Positions 19,052 to 27,638 of a DNA stretch of 64,000 nt are shown here, piece after piece (positions within the stretch are counted from its first letter, which is position 1; each line of letters starts with the position of its first letter). The stretch is from a virus, in the UHGV virus genome UHGV-1430452. One strand, given 5' to 3'. Made by a program: the position numbers and the translations under genes. The notes beneath the pieces are model-generated. The model was not told the origin of the DNA, made no database searches, and saw nothing but the letters and a program-made list of their open reading frames with translations.

Positions 19052-19335
19052 GATTATCTTCTCCTTTCATTTTCTTTTCACAATAGGAGAAGTTTTTATC
19101 GCGTGCATTATCAGTTCCTTCAAATACAAAATAAAAGAGACCAATCGGCCTCTCTTACATGTTTCGTTTAGAAAGTTCTTCTGCTACCTTCTTTGCAATC
19201 TTTTCATCCAATAACTTATCTGTACTTTGTTTCCCTGCGAATGTTAATCCCGCACTAACAATAGCTGTTATAAGCTTTGCAATTCTAATTACTTTTGGTG
19301 ACATAAATATACCTCCTTTCTATAATAGAAGAGGT

Positions 19336-19695
19336 TTAAATCGCGCGTCTATCGAAGCAAGTTTCCCATCGTTCTCGCTTAACTGGCTTCATTTTCATAG
19401 TCCACATCATTTGTCGGACCGTTACGGTGGGATATAAACCGTTCTCAGGTTCTCCCGATCTATCCTCGAAGAACTCCAGGAATCTTTCATGTAAATATAA
19501 AGTGTCTGTCAGCCACGGATCAATCTCGCCCCACCAGGTATTTTTCGTCGCTGGATCATATCGCTGCTGAATAACAGCTAGTCCTTTTCGTCCCATTTTG
19601 AATAAAGTACATTTACTGTAAACTGGATGATCACATTCATAAGTTTCTCCGTACATCGATACATAAACTTTTGGCTTTTCGTAGTGATAACGCAT
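19336..19695 (-). CDS. hypothetical protein
   Basis: 119 aa. Confidence 0.4.
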   Translation of the reverse strand: MRYHYEKPKVYVSMYGETYECDHPVYSKCTLFKMGRKGLAVIQQRYDPATKNTWWGEIDPWLTDTLYLHERFLEFFEDRSGEPENGLYPTVTVRQMMWTMKMKPVKRERWETCFDRRAI

Positions 19696-19791
19696 ATTAC
19701 TATTATCCTTTCTTTAACTTTAGTTATATAACTTTTGTTTAAACTCTCGCGTTAGGAAATATAAAAGAAGAAAAAAAAAGAAAAGACTATG

Positions 19792-19868
19792 GGAATAGCG
19801 CGGGATTCGAACCCACGACGTTGAGTTTCCTCTTATTCTTCCATTAGAACTAACCGTCTTAACTATTC
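19792..19868 (-). ncRNA. tRNA-like element: acceptor stem and T-arm (GGTTCGAATCC) recognisable, anticodon arm not
   Basis: GAATAGT...GTGGG-TTCGAAT-CCCGC-GCTATTC-C; I could not fold a canonical D or anticodon arm by eye. Confidence 0.35.
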
Positions 19869-19988
19869 CAGAGACTTCTTCCGATATATTGCTATACGGG
19901 AATTGTTCTCTTCTTTTCTATAATAGGAAATGTTTATTTAGCGAAAGAAAATAGCCCAGGCGTTTAACCCGAGCTAATTCTCTTAAAC

Positions 19989-20357
19989 TTATTCGTTACC
20001 ATTGAGTTTCTCAATAGCTTCAACCTTCCTGCTGTCAAACATCGTAGAATTTACAATACTCATCACAGCTTTGTAATATGTTTTCGGCTGATCCTTCTTG
20101 AGCAACTCTATCGCCTGAACTTTACGACTATCAAACATGCTGCTGTTCATTATCGAAGCTACCGCACTGTCATAATCTGCTGTGCTAAATATATCCGCTA
20201 ATAAATCAACTTCATATGTGTCCTGTTTTCGTTTCTTTTCACGCAATACAACTGCCACAATTGGAATCGCAATACCAATCCCATTTGCTACATATTCTGT
20301 GATTTTCCATAAACTCTCTTTTGTTTTCTCGCTAGTTAAAACTTCTTTGATTTTCAT
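19989..20357 (-). CDS. hypothetical protein with internal duplication (STMFDSRKVEAIEKL twice) and N-terminal hydrophobic helix
   Basis: 122 aa. Confidence 0.4.
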   Translation of the reverse strand: MKIKEVLTSEKTKESLWKITEYVANGIGIAIPIVAVVLREKKRKQDTYEVDLLADIFSTADYDSAVASIMNSSMFDSRKVQAIELLKKDQPKTYYKAVMSIVNSTMFDSRKVEAIEKLNGNE

Positions 20358-20457
20358 ATCAATAACCTCCTATAAGTTTATTCTCATAACAGGCGTTGTA
20401 ATAATAGCGAAAAAGAAGAGCCTAAGTCATTTCGACTCAAGCCCTTCCATTTTGAAA

Positions 20458-20871
20458 TTACTTTTTTGGGAGTAACTTCTGAATGAATCCTCGACCCATT
20501 ATTGTTGTGATGGTTCCAGTCTCTTCGAATTTGATAGACTTGATTGTGCCCCAGATAGTAACCGCTGTCGGTATAACAATACCCGCTCCTGTTAAGCAAT
20601 TCTTAACAACTCGATCTTTTCGTTCATCTTTAAGCTGCTCTGCTCTTAATTCAGCATCAACATTTTGCTGATCCTTTTTAAGTTCTTGTTCAGCCTTAAT
20701 TTTCTCAAGTTCGATTGCTCGATCACATAACTTTGTCAGGCCGTCTACCGTATTTTTGTACTTATCTGTACCTACTTCAAGTTTTCCTAACTCTTCGAAT
20801 TCGTCCTGAATCTCATCTTTTAATAATGTTTCAATACTCATTTTGAACTCCTCCTTATATTCGTATTTCAT
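20458..20871 (-). CDS. hypothetical protein, coiled-coil with C-terminal hydrophobic helix
   Basis: 137 aa. Confidence 0.4.
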   Translation of the reverse strand: MKYEYKEEFKMSIETLLKDEIQDEFEELGKLEVGTDKYKNTVDGLTKLCDRAIELEKIKAEQELKKDQQNVDAELRAEQLKDERKDRVVKNCLTGAGIVIPTAVTIWGTIKSIKFEETGTITTIMGRGFIQKLLPKK

Positions 20872-20882
20872 AATAGGGAATG

Positions 20883-21092
20883 TTATTTTTGCGACAGATC
20901 TACTCTAAGCATTACGTGTTTATCTTTTCGTAGCTTATATGCCTTACCACTATCTATTTCTAAAAATAAATACGGTGCTGAGTCTGGATCTGAGCTGTCT
21001 ACTTTCAGTGTGCCGATTGGCTTTTTTACTAAGAGTGTCGTTGCCACAACTGCACCTATCAGCATACCTACTAATAAAAATAAAAGTTCCAC
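20883..21092 (-). CDS. small membrane protein; start reassigned to GTG preceded by RBS AGGAGG
   Basis: Track ORF 20883..21158 begins inside a conserved intergenic motif; the downstream GTG has a strong RBS and gives a 69-aa hydrophobic protein. Confidence 0.35.
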   Translation of the reverse strand: MELLFLLVGMLIGAVVATTLLVKKPIGTLKVDSSDPDSAPYLFLEIDSGKAYKLRKDKHVMLRVDLSQK

Positions 21093-21252
21093 TACGCTAC
21101 TTCCTCCTTTCTTCAATAGAATTGTTTTATCGAAAACTCCCTCCCGGGAAATTTTCACTTTAGAATTTTAATATTGTTTCCTGTCACCTATGTACGGAAT
21201 ATCTATTCTAGATTAGAGTTTGTTTTAATCTAGGTTAAAGAAAAAAGAGAGC

Positions 21253-21489
21253 CTAAGCCCTCTTATCTGTCATAAAACTTGGTAACTGAAGTTCTGGTTT
21301 ATAAGTCATTAACTCTGCTTCATATAGCCTCATGATAATAGCTATCTCATCTTCATGAATACTTTTTATCAACTTAAAGACTTTATCATAATCAACATCT
21401 GATTTATTCTTCATTTGACAAATATAATCCACGAGTCTGGTATACTTATCATCCGCAGTTCCTATCATTGCCGCAAATTTAACTTCCAT
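21253..21489 (-). CDS. hypothetical protein
   Basis: 78 aa. Confidence 0.4.
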   Translation of the reverse strand: MEVKFAAMIGTADDKYTRLVDYICQMKNKSDVDYDKVFKLIKSIHEDEIAIIMRLYEAELMTYKPELQLPSFMTDKRA

Positions 21490-21570
21490 AATTTATCCTC
21501 CTTAAATTTAAAGTTTTATGTTTCTATAAAGTAGTATGTATTTTTGGCGAAAAAGAAAAGAAGAGACCGA

Positions 21571-21771
21571 TTAGGCCTCCTCTTTAAATAACTCAGGGTA
21601 TTTCTCCATCAGTTCTTTTCTGTCTCGTTCAATGTCTTTTTCTATATGCTCGATTTCTGCTTCCAATTTACCTGTGCTTTTACCTAAACGGTAACCCAGA
21701 TAAGATCCTACAGCATAAACCAATCCGGCATATAAACCAAAACCTAAACCAGCTTTTAAATTAGCTTTCAT
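21571..21771 (-). CDS. small membrane protein
   Basis: 66 aa; hydrophobic LGFGLYAGLVYAVGSYLG. Confidence 0.4.
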   Translation of the reverse strand: MKANLKAGLGFGLYAGLVYAVGSYLGYRLGKSTGKLEAEIEHIEKDIERDRKELMEKYPELFKEEA

Positions 21772-21813
21772 GATAGATCACTCCTATAATTTATTCTCAT
21801 AATAGGCGTTGTT

Positions 21814-22062
21814 TTAGTCGCGATCATCAAACGGTACTTCTATGTTTTCAATCTCGTCAGAAATAATCTCCCCGTCACCGATAAGTAGTTCTCTTTTGTT
21901 TATTTGATTAACGCTAGTTCGATATATACCCTCAGCTACTGCTAGTCCGATAAATGTACTTACTCCCCAAAGAATTCCTTTGATTAATTTATTAGTATCC
22001 ATTTTGAATTTTCCTCTCATGATATATTCTCTATTGGAAATCAAAAGGAAGAGTATCTGCAT
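21814..22062 (-). CDS. small membrane protein
   Basis: 82 aa. Confidence 0.35.
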   Translation of the reverse strand: MQILFLLISNREYIMRGKFKMDTNKLIKGILWGVSTFIGLAVAEGIYRTSVNQINKRELLIGDGEIISDEIENIEVPFDDRD

Positions 22063-22082
22063 AGATACCCGCCTTTTTGTTT

Positions 22083-22298
22083 TTAATTATTGCTTGTGGT
22101 CCAACCCATGTTGTTCTGTGTGAATGAGTTGTTAATGCCGTTGATAGTTCTTACTCTATCCTCGTACAATGAATTGTCGCTAATGATGCTAACTCCGAAT
22201 TTCCATTTGAAGTCTGGAATTTCGTTAGCTGCTTTCATAGCTTCATCCCATTTCTCAAGGAAGACTTCTATCGCATATCCTCTCTCTACACTATCCAT
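22083..22298 (-). CDS. hypothetical protein
   Basis: 71 aa. Confidence 0.35.
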   Translation of the reverse strand: MDSVERGYAIEVFLEKWDEAMKAANEIPDFKWKFGVSIISDNSLYEDRVRTINGINNSFTQNNMGWTTSNN

Positions 22299-22325
22299 GT
22301 CGTTACCCTCCTTTATAATAATTTT

Positions 22326-22353
22326 CTATAAAGGAGCGTGTAATTTTCGCGAA
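22326..22353 (-). promoter_or_regulatory. Instance of conserved promoter-like motif
   Basis: CTATAAAGGAGCGTGTAATTTTCGCGAA upstream of 22083..22298. Confidence 0.45.
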
Positions 22354-22401
22354 TATCTAATCCCGTGCATTAATCAACTTCAGATTCTCACTTCGTTCTA
22401 A

Positions 22402-22821
22402 TCAATCCCTAGCATTCGATAGCAGCCAAAAGAACCTTCTGTACCTGTCGTAATACATGTCTCTACCGCACGGAATATCTAACTTTGACCGCAGGTAAGT
22501 ATACGATAAACCCTCTGTAACCGCTTTTAAAATGTAATCGTACAAATAACGGTCTGCATCCAAAGCTATCCTCTCGATTAGATCGATTTTCTCTTTATAA
22601 TAAGCTCTCAAGATTGCTCTCTTACCTGTTGGATCACCAGGCATATTGCTCGTTGGGATTTTCTCGATCATGGATAACGGTACAGAATGATCGTTAAAAG
22701 CAGCATAAGCACTCTTCCATATCGGATACTGTAAACAAAAATGTTTTAGTTCGTAATATCGATGTTTGCTAATCCAGTATTTGTTGTTCTCAGACAGCTC
22801 TGGACGTATTCTTGTTGCCAT
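22402..22821 (-). CDS. hypothetical protein, possibly an early transcriptional regulator
   Basis: 139 aa; second gene of the leftward early operon; functional guess rests on position only. Confidence 0.35.
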   Translation of the reverse strand: MATRIRPELSENNKYWISKHRYYELKHFCLQYPIWKSAYAAFNDHSVPLSMIEKIPTSNMPGDPTGKRAILRAYYKEKIDLIERIALDADRYLYDYILKAVTEGLSYTYLRSKLDIPCGRDMYYDRYRRFFWLLSNARD

Positions 22822-22962
22822 TTTGATTTTTCTCCTTCAATTTATTCTTCCTGCATTTATCTGCTTTCTTCATAAATTTAACAGTGGCTTTTTCCAACTT
22901 CTCTCTATCAACTTCTCCATAAACATTAACGATAGCATTCTTATAACGGTATGTTTCCATCA

Positions 22963-23181
22963 CTATTTACTCCGTGATAAGAATATGTCCAATGCTTCTA
23001 GGTTAGTTAATCCAAGAACCTCTTTTAACTTAGCCGCTTCATTTACCGTAAATGCATCAAATCCATTTAGCTTACGATAAAAAGAAGATCTGTTGATGTC
23101 GATCAGATCAGCGGTCTTAGCCACGTTCAATCCCTTTTCGACTATCTTGCCTTTTAATTTATTCGCATTCATGCACATCAC
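22963..23181 (-). CDS. Cro-like helix-turn-helix regulator
   Basis: 72 aa; HTH-like GLNVAKTADLIDINRSSFYRKLNG; divergent from the repressor gene across a 216-bp switch region. Confidence 0.55.
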   Translation of the reverse strand: MMCMNANKLKGKIVEKGLNVAKTADLIDINRSSFYRKLNGFDAFTVNEAAKLKEVLGLTNLEALDIFLSRSK

Positions 23182-23397
23182 CTCTCGCTGTATTTGTCGC
23201 TTATCTGCAACAACACGAGAATATCACCAGCTTACTTTTTCTGTCAATAACTTTTTCGCATAAAACGAAAACGATTTATTCTAGAATACAATTTATTTGC
23301 ATATATGCGATTTTGTGTGTATCATATGGATTGATAAGAGAAGAATAAGAAAGAGTCCTAAGACTCATCTTCGCGATAGTATAAAGGAGTTAACCGA
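23182..23397. promoter_or_regulatory. Divergent lysis-lysogeny switch region between the Cro-like and cI-like genes
   Basis: AT-rich 216-bp intergenic region flanked by divergent HTH regulator genes; contains TTCGCGATAGTATAAAGGAG just before the repressor ATG. Confidence 0.6.
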
Positions 23398-23994
23398 ATG
23401 ACAATAGGACAAAAAATAAAAGAATTACGCAATCAACTTAATATGTCGGTGGATGATCTTGCTGTGAAACTGGGTAAGAACCGTGCGACTATCTACCGCT
23501 ATGAACGAGGAGATATCGAGAACCTCCCTCTCGATGTACTAGAACCATTAGCAAATGCTCTTGAGACCACACCTGGTTATTTAATGGGATGGGAAGAAAC
23601 TACGAAAAAGAAAGAGCCTTCAATTATCGATGAAGTTACCATGGGTGACGTTTTTAAAGCGTTACGTCTAGGAAGTAATTTATCGATAGAGGAATTTTCG
23701 CATGAGATTGGATTATCTGCCCAAGACATAAGCAATTATGAAGCAGGAAAGACTCCTATACCTGTAAATATAATTAATCTTGTTGCTGATTTCTTTGGCA
23801 TATCAATAGCGGAAATAGTTAAGGCACACAAAAACAGCGAAAATAGAACGCCTTCTGGTTTCGAAATGAAAAAGGAACGATTTGAACGTTTTAAAGTTTG
23901 GAATAAAGAGTTTGGACGAATACATTTTACTGATGAAGAAATCAATAAAATAATGGAATATACAAGGTTCTTACTTAGCCAAAGAAGACAGTAA
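23398..23994 (+). CDS. XRE-family (cI-like) repressor with two HTH domains
   Basis: 198 aa; IKELRNQLNMSVDDLAVKLGKNRATIYRYERG and a second HTH EEFSHEIGLSAQDISNYEAGK; RBS AAAGGAG. Confidence 0.8.
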   Translation: MTIGQKIKELRNQLNMSVDDLAVKLGKNRATIYRYERGDIENLPLDVLEPLANALETTPGYLMGWEETTKKKEPSIIDEVTMGDVFKALRLGSNLSIEEFSHEIGLSAQDISNYEAGKTPIPVNIINLVADFFGISIAEIVKAHKNSENRTPSGFEMKKERFERFKVWNKEFGRIHFTDEEINKIMEYTRFLLSQRRQ

Positions 23995-24070
23995 GTCTAC
24001 ATAGGTTTACTCTATTTAAAGGAGGTGATGCCTGAATTCAGTTCATCGTAGAATTTACATCAAAGGAAAG

Positions 24071-25657
24071 GTGGAACCAATGACAACGTTTGATATGAAC
24101 AACGCTGTAGACAATGCGTTCGGTATGGACGTATATGCTATCTATCTTCGGAAAAGTCGAGCCGATGTAGAAGCAGAAAAACTTGGAGAAGGAGAAACAC
24201 TAGCAAGGCATAGAAAGATACTAACAGAACTTGCTGCTAGAAAAGGATTGTATATCGGTAAGATTTACGAGGAAATTGTATCTGGTGAAACAATCGAAGC
24301 TAGACCTGAAATACAAAAACTGATAGAAGATTGTTATAAAGGGAAATATAGAGGAATCCTAATAGTAGAAGTTACTCGTCTATCTCGTGGTAATCAAGGA
24401 GACGCTCAAAAAATACTCGACTGTCTCAAATATTCGAATAGAAACAATGGTGTATTAGTTATCACTCCTACTAAGACTTATGACGTTGCACACAGCCAAG
24501 AAGACGAAGAATATATGGAGTTTGAATTGTTTATGTCTCGTCGAGAATATAAGATGATTCAAAAGCGTATGGATCGTGGCCGTAAACAAGCAGTCGTAGA
24601 AGGAAACTTCATGGGTAGTTACCGTCCCTATGGATATGACATCTTAAAAACCAAGACCGGACGAACACTTATACCGAATGAAGATGAAGCTCCTATCGTG
24701 AAAATGATTTACGAATGGACAGTTAACGATAATTTATCTCCTTTCAAGATAGCTGAGCGTTTAACTAATATGGGTGTTCCTACTTATTATGGTGAGAAGG
24801 ATTGGTCTAAAGAAACAGTTAAAACCATTTTGACGAATCAGACATACATGGGTAAAGTTCGTTGGAATGATCGAATGACTGTTAAGACTATGGTCGACGG
24901 AGAACTTAAAGCTACACGACCTCGTTCAAATCATTCCGATCACTTCATGCTATATGATGGAAAACATATGAAACACGCACTCGTCGACGAAGAAACATTC
25001 AAAGCAGCCTCCTCTCGCTTTCATAACGATAGGACAAGATCAAATCTAAAACTTGTTAATCCTCTTGCAGGACTTCTATTTTGTAAGAAATGTGGTAAAT
25101 CTATGGGTTATCAATCATATAGACATAAGAAAAACGGACCAATGGATCGATACAATCATAGACAGTCTGCTAATGGATGCAAGGTTAAGTCAGCAGTTGC
25201 TGAGGATGTTATAAAAGCTGTTATACATGCTTTGAAACTTTATATAGAAGATTTCGAATTTAAGTTAGACAACACTCCAGATGTTGACGAAAATTCAATC
25301 AATACGCAGCTCGAAGCTTTACAAAAAGAAATACGAAAATCCGAACGAAAACTTGCTAAGCTATTCGATTCTTGGGAAGATGAGAAGATAACAGATAATG
25401 AATTTGTTCAAAGGAAAGCCGTCCATAATCAGAAGATAGAAAATATAAAGAGGCAAATGGAAGAACTCGAATATTCGATACCAGAAAGAGAAGAATATGA
25501 GGATAAAATAATATTGCTGTCTGAAGCACTTGTCGCTATCACAGACGAATCGCTTGACGCAGATATTAAGAACGAGTATCTTAAAAGAATCATTGATAGA
25601 ATAGAGTTTAGTAGAGAGAATAACTCAGAGTTTATACTAGATATAGACTTATGCTAA
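24071..25657 (+). CDS. Large serine recombinase (integrase)
   Basis: 528 aa; resolvase-like N-terminus with catalytic-Ser context YLRKSRADVE; C-terminal zinc-ribbon CKKCGKS and coiled-coil; true start may be the ATG at 24080. Confidence 0.88.
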   Translation: MEPMTTFDMNNAVDNAFGMDVYAIYLRKSRADVEAEKLGEGETLARHRKILTELAARKGLYIGKIYEEIVSGETIEARPEIQKLIEDCYKGKYRGILIVEVTRLSRGNQGDAQKILDCLKYSNRNNGVLVITPTKTYDVAHSQEDEEYMEFELFMSRREYKMIQKRMDRGRKQAVVEGNFMGSYRPYGYDILKTKTGRTLIPNEDEAPIVKMIYEWTVNDNLSPFKIAERLTNMGVPTYYGEKDWSKETVKTILTNQTYMGKVRWNDRMTVKTMVDGELKATRPRSNHSDHFMLYDGKHMKHALVDEETFKAASSRFHNDRTRSNLKLVNPLAGLLFCKKCGKSMGYQSYRHKKNGPMDRYNHRQSANGCKVKSAVAEDVIKAVIHALKLYIEDFEFKLDNTPDVDENSINTQLEALQKEIRKSERKLAKLFDSWEDEKITDNEFVQRKAVHNQKIENIKRQMEELEYSIPEREEYEDKIILLSEALVAITDESLDADIKNEYLKRIIDRIEFSRENNSEFILDIDLC

Positions 25658-25715
25658 ATGGTGGCTTTGCTGCCTGTAAGACCTGCACTAAAATGGTGTA
25701 GGTAACTTTTTCCCC

Positions 25716-25770
25716 GACATATATATCATGGTTGTGTTTCTTTTATATCGCCACCATGATATATATCACA
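25716..25770. repeat. Perfect 14-bp inverted repeat (ATATATATCATGGT) with 20-bp spacer downstream of the recombinase gene
   Basis: Arms at 25719..25732 and 25753..25766; candidate attP core or operator. Confidence 0.5.
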
Positions 25771-25813
25771 GGGAAACTATTCTAAACGTTGATATATCAA
25801 GGAGGAGATATAC

Positions 25814-26065
25814 ATGAGAATAGTATGGAAAGACAGTGCGCCTAAAACAAAACCTTGGTTGACGTTCAAATATAGAGAACATATCGTTAGCCAATATGGA
25901 GATGGATGGATTACCGATATACCTGGTGATAACAATATCTATTTTCCGAGAGAGTGTGCTTATAATGCAATCGATAAGTCTCTAGGTGGAAAGACACGAA
26001 AAGCTAATCCTCAAAGACATAAATTAGGAATAAAAGTTATTGGTAGAAAGGACGATGTATCATGA
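25814..26065 (+). CDS. Small hypothetical protein, tandem paralog A (MRIVWKDS...)
   Basis: 83 aa; RBS GGAGGAG; paralog of the next gene. Confidence 0.5.
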   Translation: MRIVWKDSAPKTKPWLTFKYREHIVSQYGDGWITDIPGDNNIYFPRECAYNAIDKSLGGKTRKANPQRHKLGIKVIGRKDDVS

Positions 26066-26313
26066 GAATCGTATGGAAAGATAGTCATAAGCCAAAAGAA
26101 TATGAACCTATGAAATATCGAAATATTTACATCTTCGGTACTCCTGAAGGATGGGAAGTAAATATAAAAGGAGATAATAATCTATACAAGACTCATTACT
26201 GTGCTATGAATGCGATTGATGATTACTTTGGAGATTTTGGAGAACGTGGTACAGAAAAACGTAAACGATATGGAATACAAATAATAGGTAAGAAAAATGA
26301 TGAGACTGCATGA
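26062..26313 (+). CDS. Small hypothetical protein, tandem paralog B (MRIVWKDS...)
   Basis: 83 aa; start overlaps stop of paralog A (ATGA); shared MRIVWKDS, GDNN.Y, NAID, G.RG.. K+.+ GI..IG+K.D. Confidence 0.5.
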   Translation: MRIVWKDSHKPKEYEPMKYRNIYIFGTPEGWEVNIKGDNNLYKTHYCAMNAIDDYFGDFGERGTEKRKRYGIQIIGKKNDETA

Positions 26314-26361
26314 ATCTCAAAAGCCACTTCCTTTTCTGGAGGTGGCATATTTTTATCTAGG

Positions 26362-26913
26362 TTAGACATTTCTATTTTCGTATGACGTAAATTTTACATT
26401 TGTGTACTCGTTAACCAAAAAGCTACATGCTTCATTAACTGTTTTAACGACGGATTCCCCTTCTATATAACTCTGATAATTCCTTCTTTGATTTTCAAAT
26501 TTAAGATCAGGTTCAACCATGGTATCTACACTTAACCATATTAGTTCCGTAGTATAGTCTTCGGTAAAATATCCTTTTATAAAAACCTCTTTCTTTCCAA
26601 CCGTTCCGATTAGTTTTATAAACGACATATCATGCTTCGTCAGATTAAACGCATATCTTATTCCTTTTACATATTGCCCGCCAAGTTTCCTCGACTTAAT
26701 TGTTTCATAGTAATTATCTTTATTGTTGTTCTTTTTATGCCACTCATCCGATATACAAATCCACATTAAAAGTTCGCTTAAAGTTGCAACCATGGATATG
26801 CTATTTTGTTTGTCGCTTGTGCTTAAATATTCATGAAATCTTTTATGAGATTCTCTTAATCCATGGTTTATATACATTAGCCTAAATTCTTCGACACTAT
26901 TCATTATCTGCAT
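26362..26913 (-). CDS. hypothetical protein (moron/accessory candidate)
   Basis: 183 aa; very AT-rich; convergent with the paralog pair; between the lysis and integration modules. Confidence 0.45.
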   Translation of the reverse strand: MQIMNSVEEFRLMYINHGLRESHKRFHEYLSTSDKQNSISMVATLSELLMWICISDEWHKKNNNKDNYYETIKSRKLGGQYVKGIRYAFNLTKHDMSFIKLIGTVGKKEVFIKGYFTEDYTTELIWLSVDTMVEPDLKFENQRRNYQSYIEGESVVKTVNEACSFLVNEYTNVKFTSYENRNV

Positions 26914-27009
26914 TCCTCCTTTTATCGTAATATTCGACCATATAGGAGAAATTTCCTTTTAACCATATGAAGAAAAATAAAAGGGGCTGTTTTATTCGCC
27001 CCAATTATT

Positions 27010-27318
27010 TTACATCTTGTGTGAAATCTCCTCGCAATGCTTTTCCAATGATTTGATTCGTTCTTCGTGACCCTGATTTTGAATTTTCAGCTCGTCTATT
27101 TCAGATCCATGATTCGTAACCCGAGTCTTCAAGTTATTAATCATCTCGGTCAAGAAGTTTATAGTCGCGTTGAGTTTGATTATGTTTTCGTTTAGCTTTT
27201 CGATAGGCTCATTTTTAGAATGTTCTTCCTGAGTAATATCCTTCCTCAGTTTCATATAGAAAGCGAACACTGAGCCTATGACTGTTAAGACAATGATTAT
27301 AACTTGATTCTCTGCCAT
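27010..27318 (-). CDS. Membrane-anchored coiled-coil protein (lysis-associated?)
   Basis: 102 aa; N-terminal helix IIIVLTVIGSVFAFY then coiled-coil; immediately after the holin. Confidence 0.45.
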   Translation of the reverse strand: MAENQVIIIVLTVIGSVFAFYMKLRKDITQEEHSKNEPIEKLNENIIKLNATINFLTEMINNLKTRVTNHGSEIDELKIQNQGHEERIKSLEKHCEEISHKM

Positions 27319-27320
27319 AG

Positions 27321-27614
27321 TTATTTTTCCTTCGCTGTATTATTATCGTCTTTCTTACCTTCTACAAATCTACTAAATCCCTGATGTAGACCTGTAGATG
27401 CCAGACCCATAACTGCACCATATACGATGGAATCGACAGAGATGCCGCTTACTGCCGTATTCAATGCTGCGCCGACAACAGCCAGGATGACTGGAATATC
27501 GTCGTTAGGGATACGTTTTAAAAAAGTCGCATGTTTGATGATATATCCAACCACCAGACAAGCGACCATTACTACAAGTACGAAATGTTCAGTTAAAATT
27601 TTTGCGAAATCCAT
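27321..27614 (-). CDS. Putative holin
   Basis: 97 aa; two hydrophobic helices and a charged C-terminus (KKDDNNTAKEK). Confidence 0.55.
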   Translation of the reverse strand: MDFAKILTEHFVLVVMVACLVVGYIIKHATFLKRIPNDDIPVILAVVGAALNTAVSGISVDSIVYGAVMGLASTGLHQGFSRFVEGKKDDNNTAKEK

Positions 27615-27638
27615 TTTGAATTACCTTCCTTTCTTTTA

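Noticed and set aside
20883-21158. Track ORF start at 21158 for the small membrane protein
   Set aside because: The first 22 codons overlap a conserved intergenic element; a downstream GTG at 21092 with an AGGAGG RBS is the more plausible start.
1298-22353. Repeated 27-bp motif considered as a CRISPR array
   Set aside because: Copies are separated by whole genes of variable length, are not direct repeats with spacers of uniform size, and there are no cas genes; they behave as per-gene regulatory elements.
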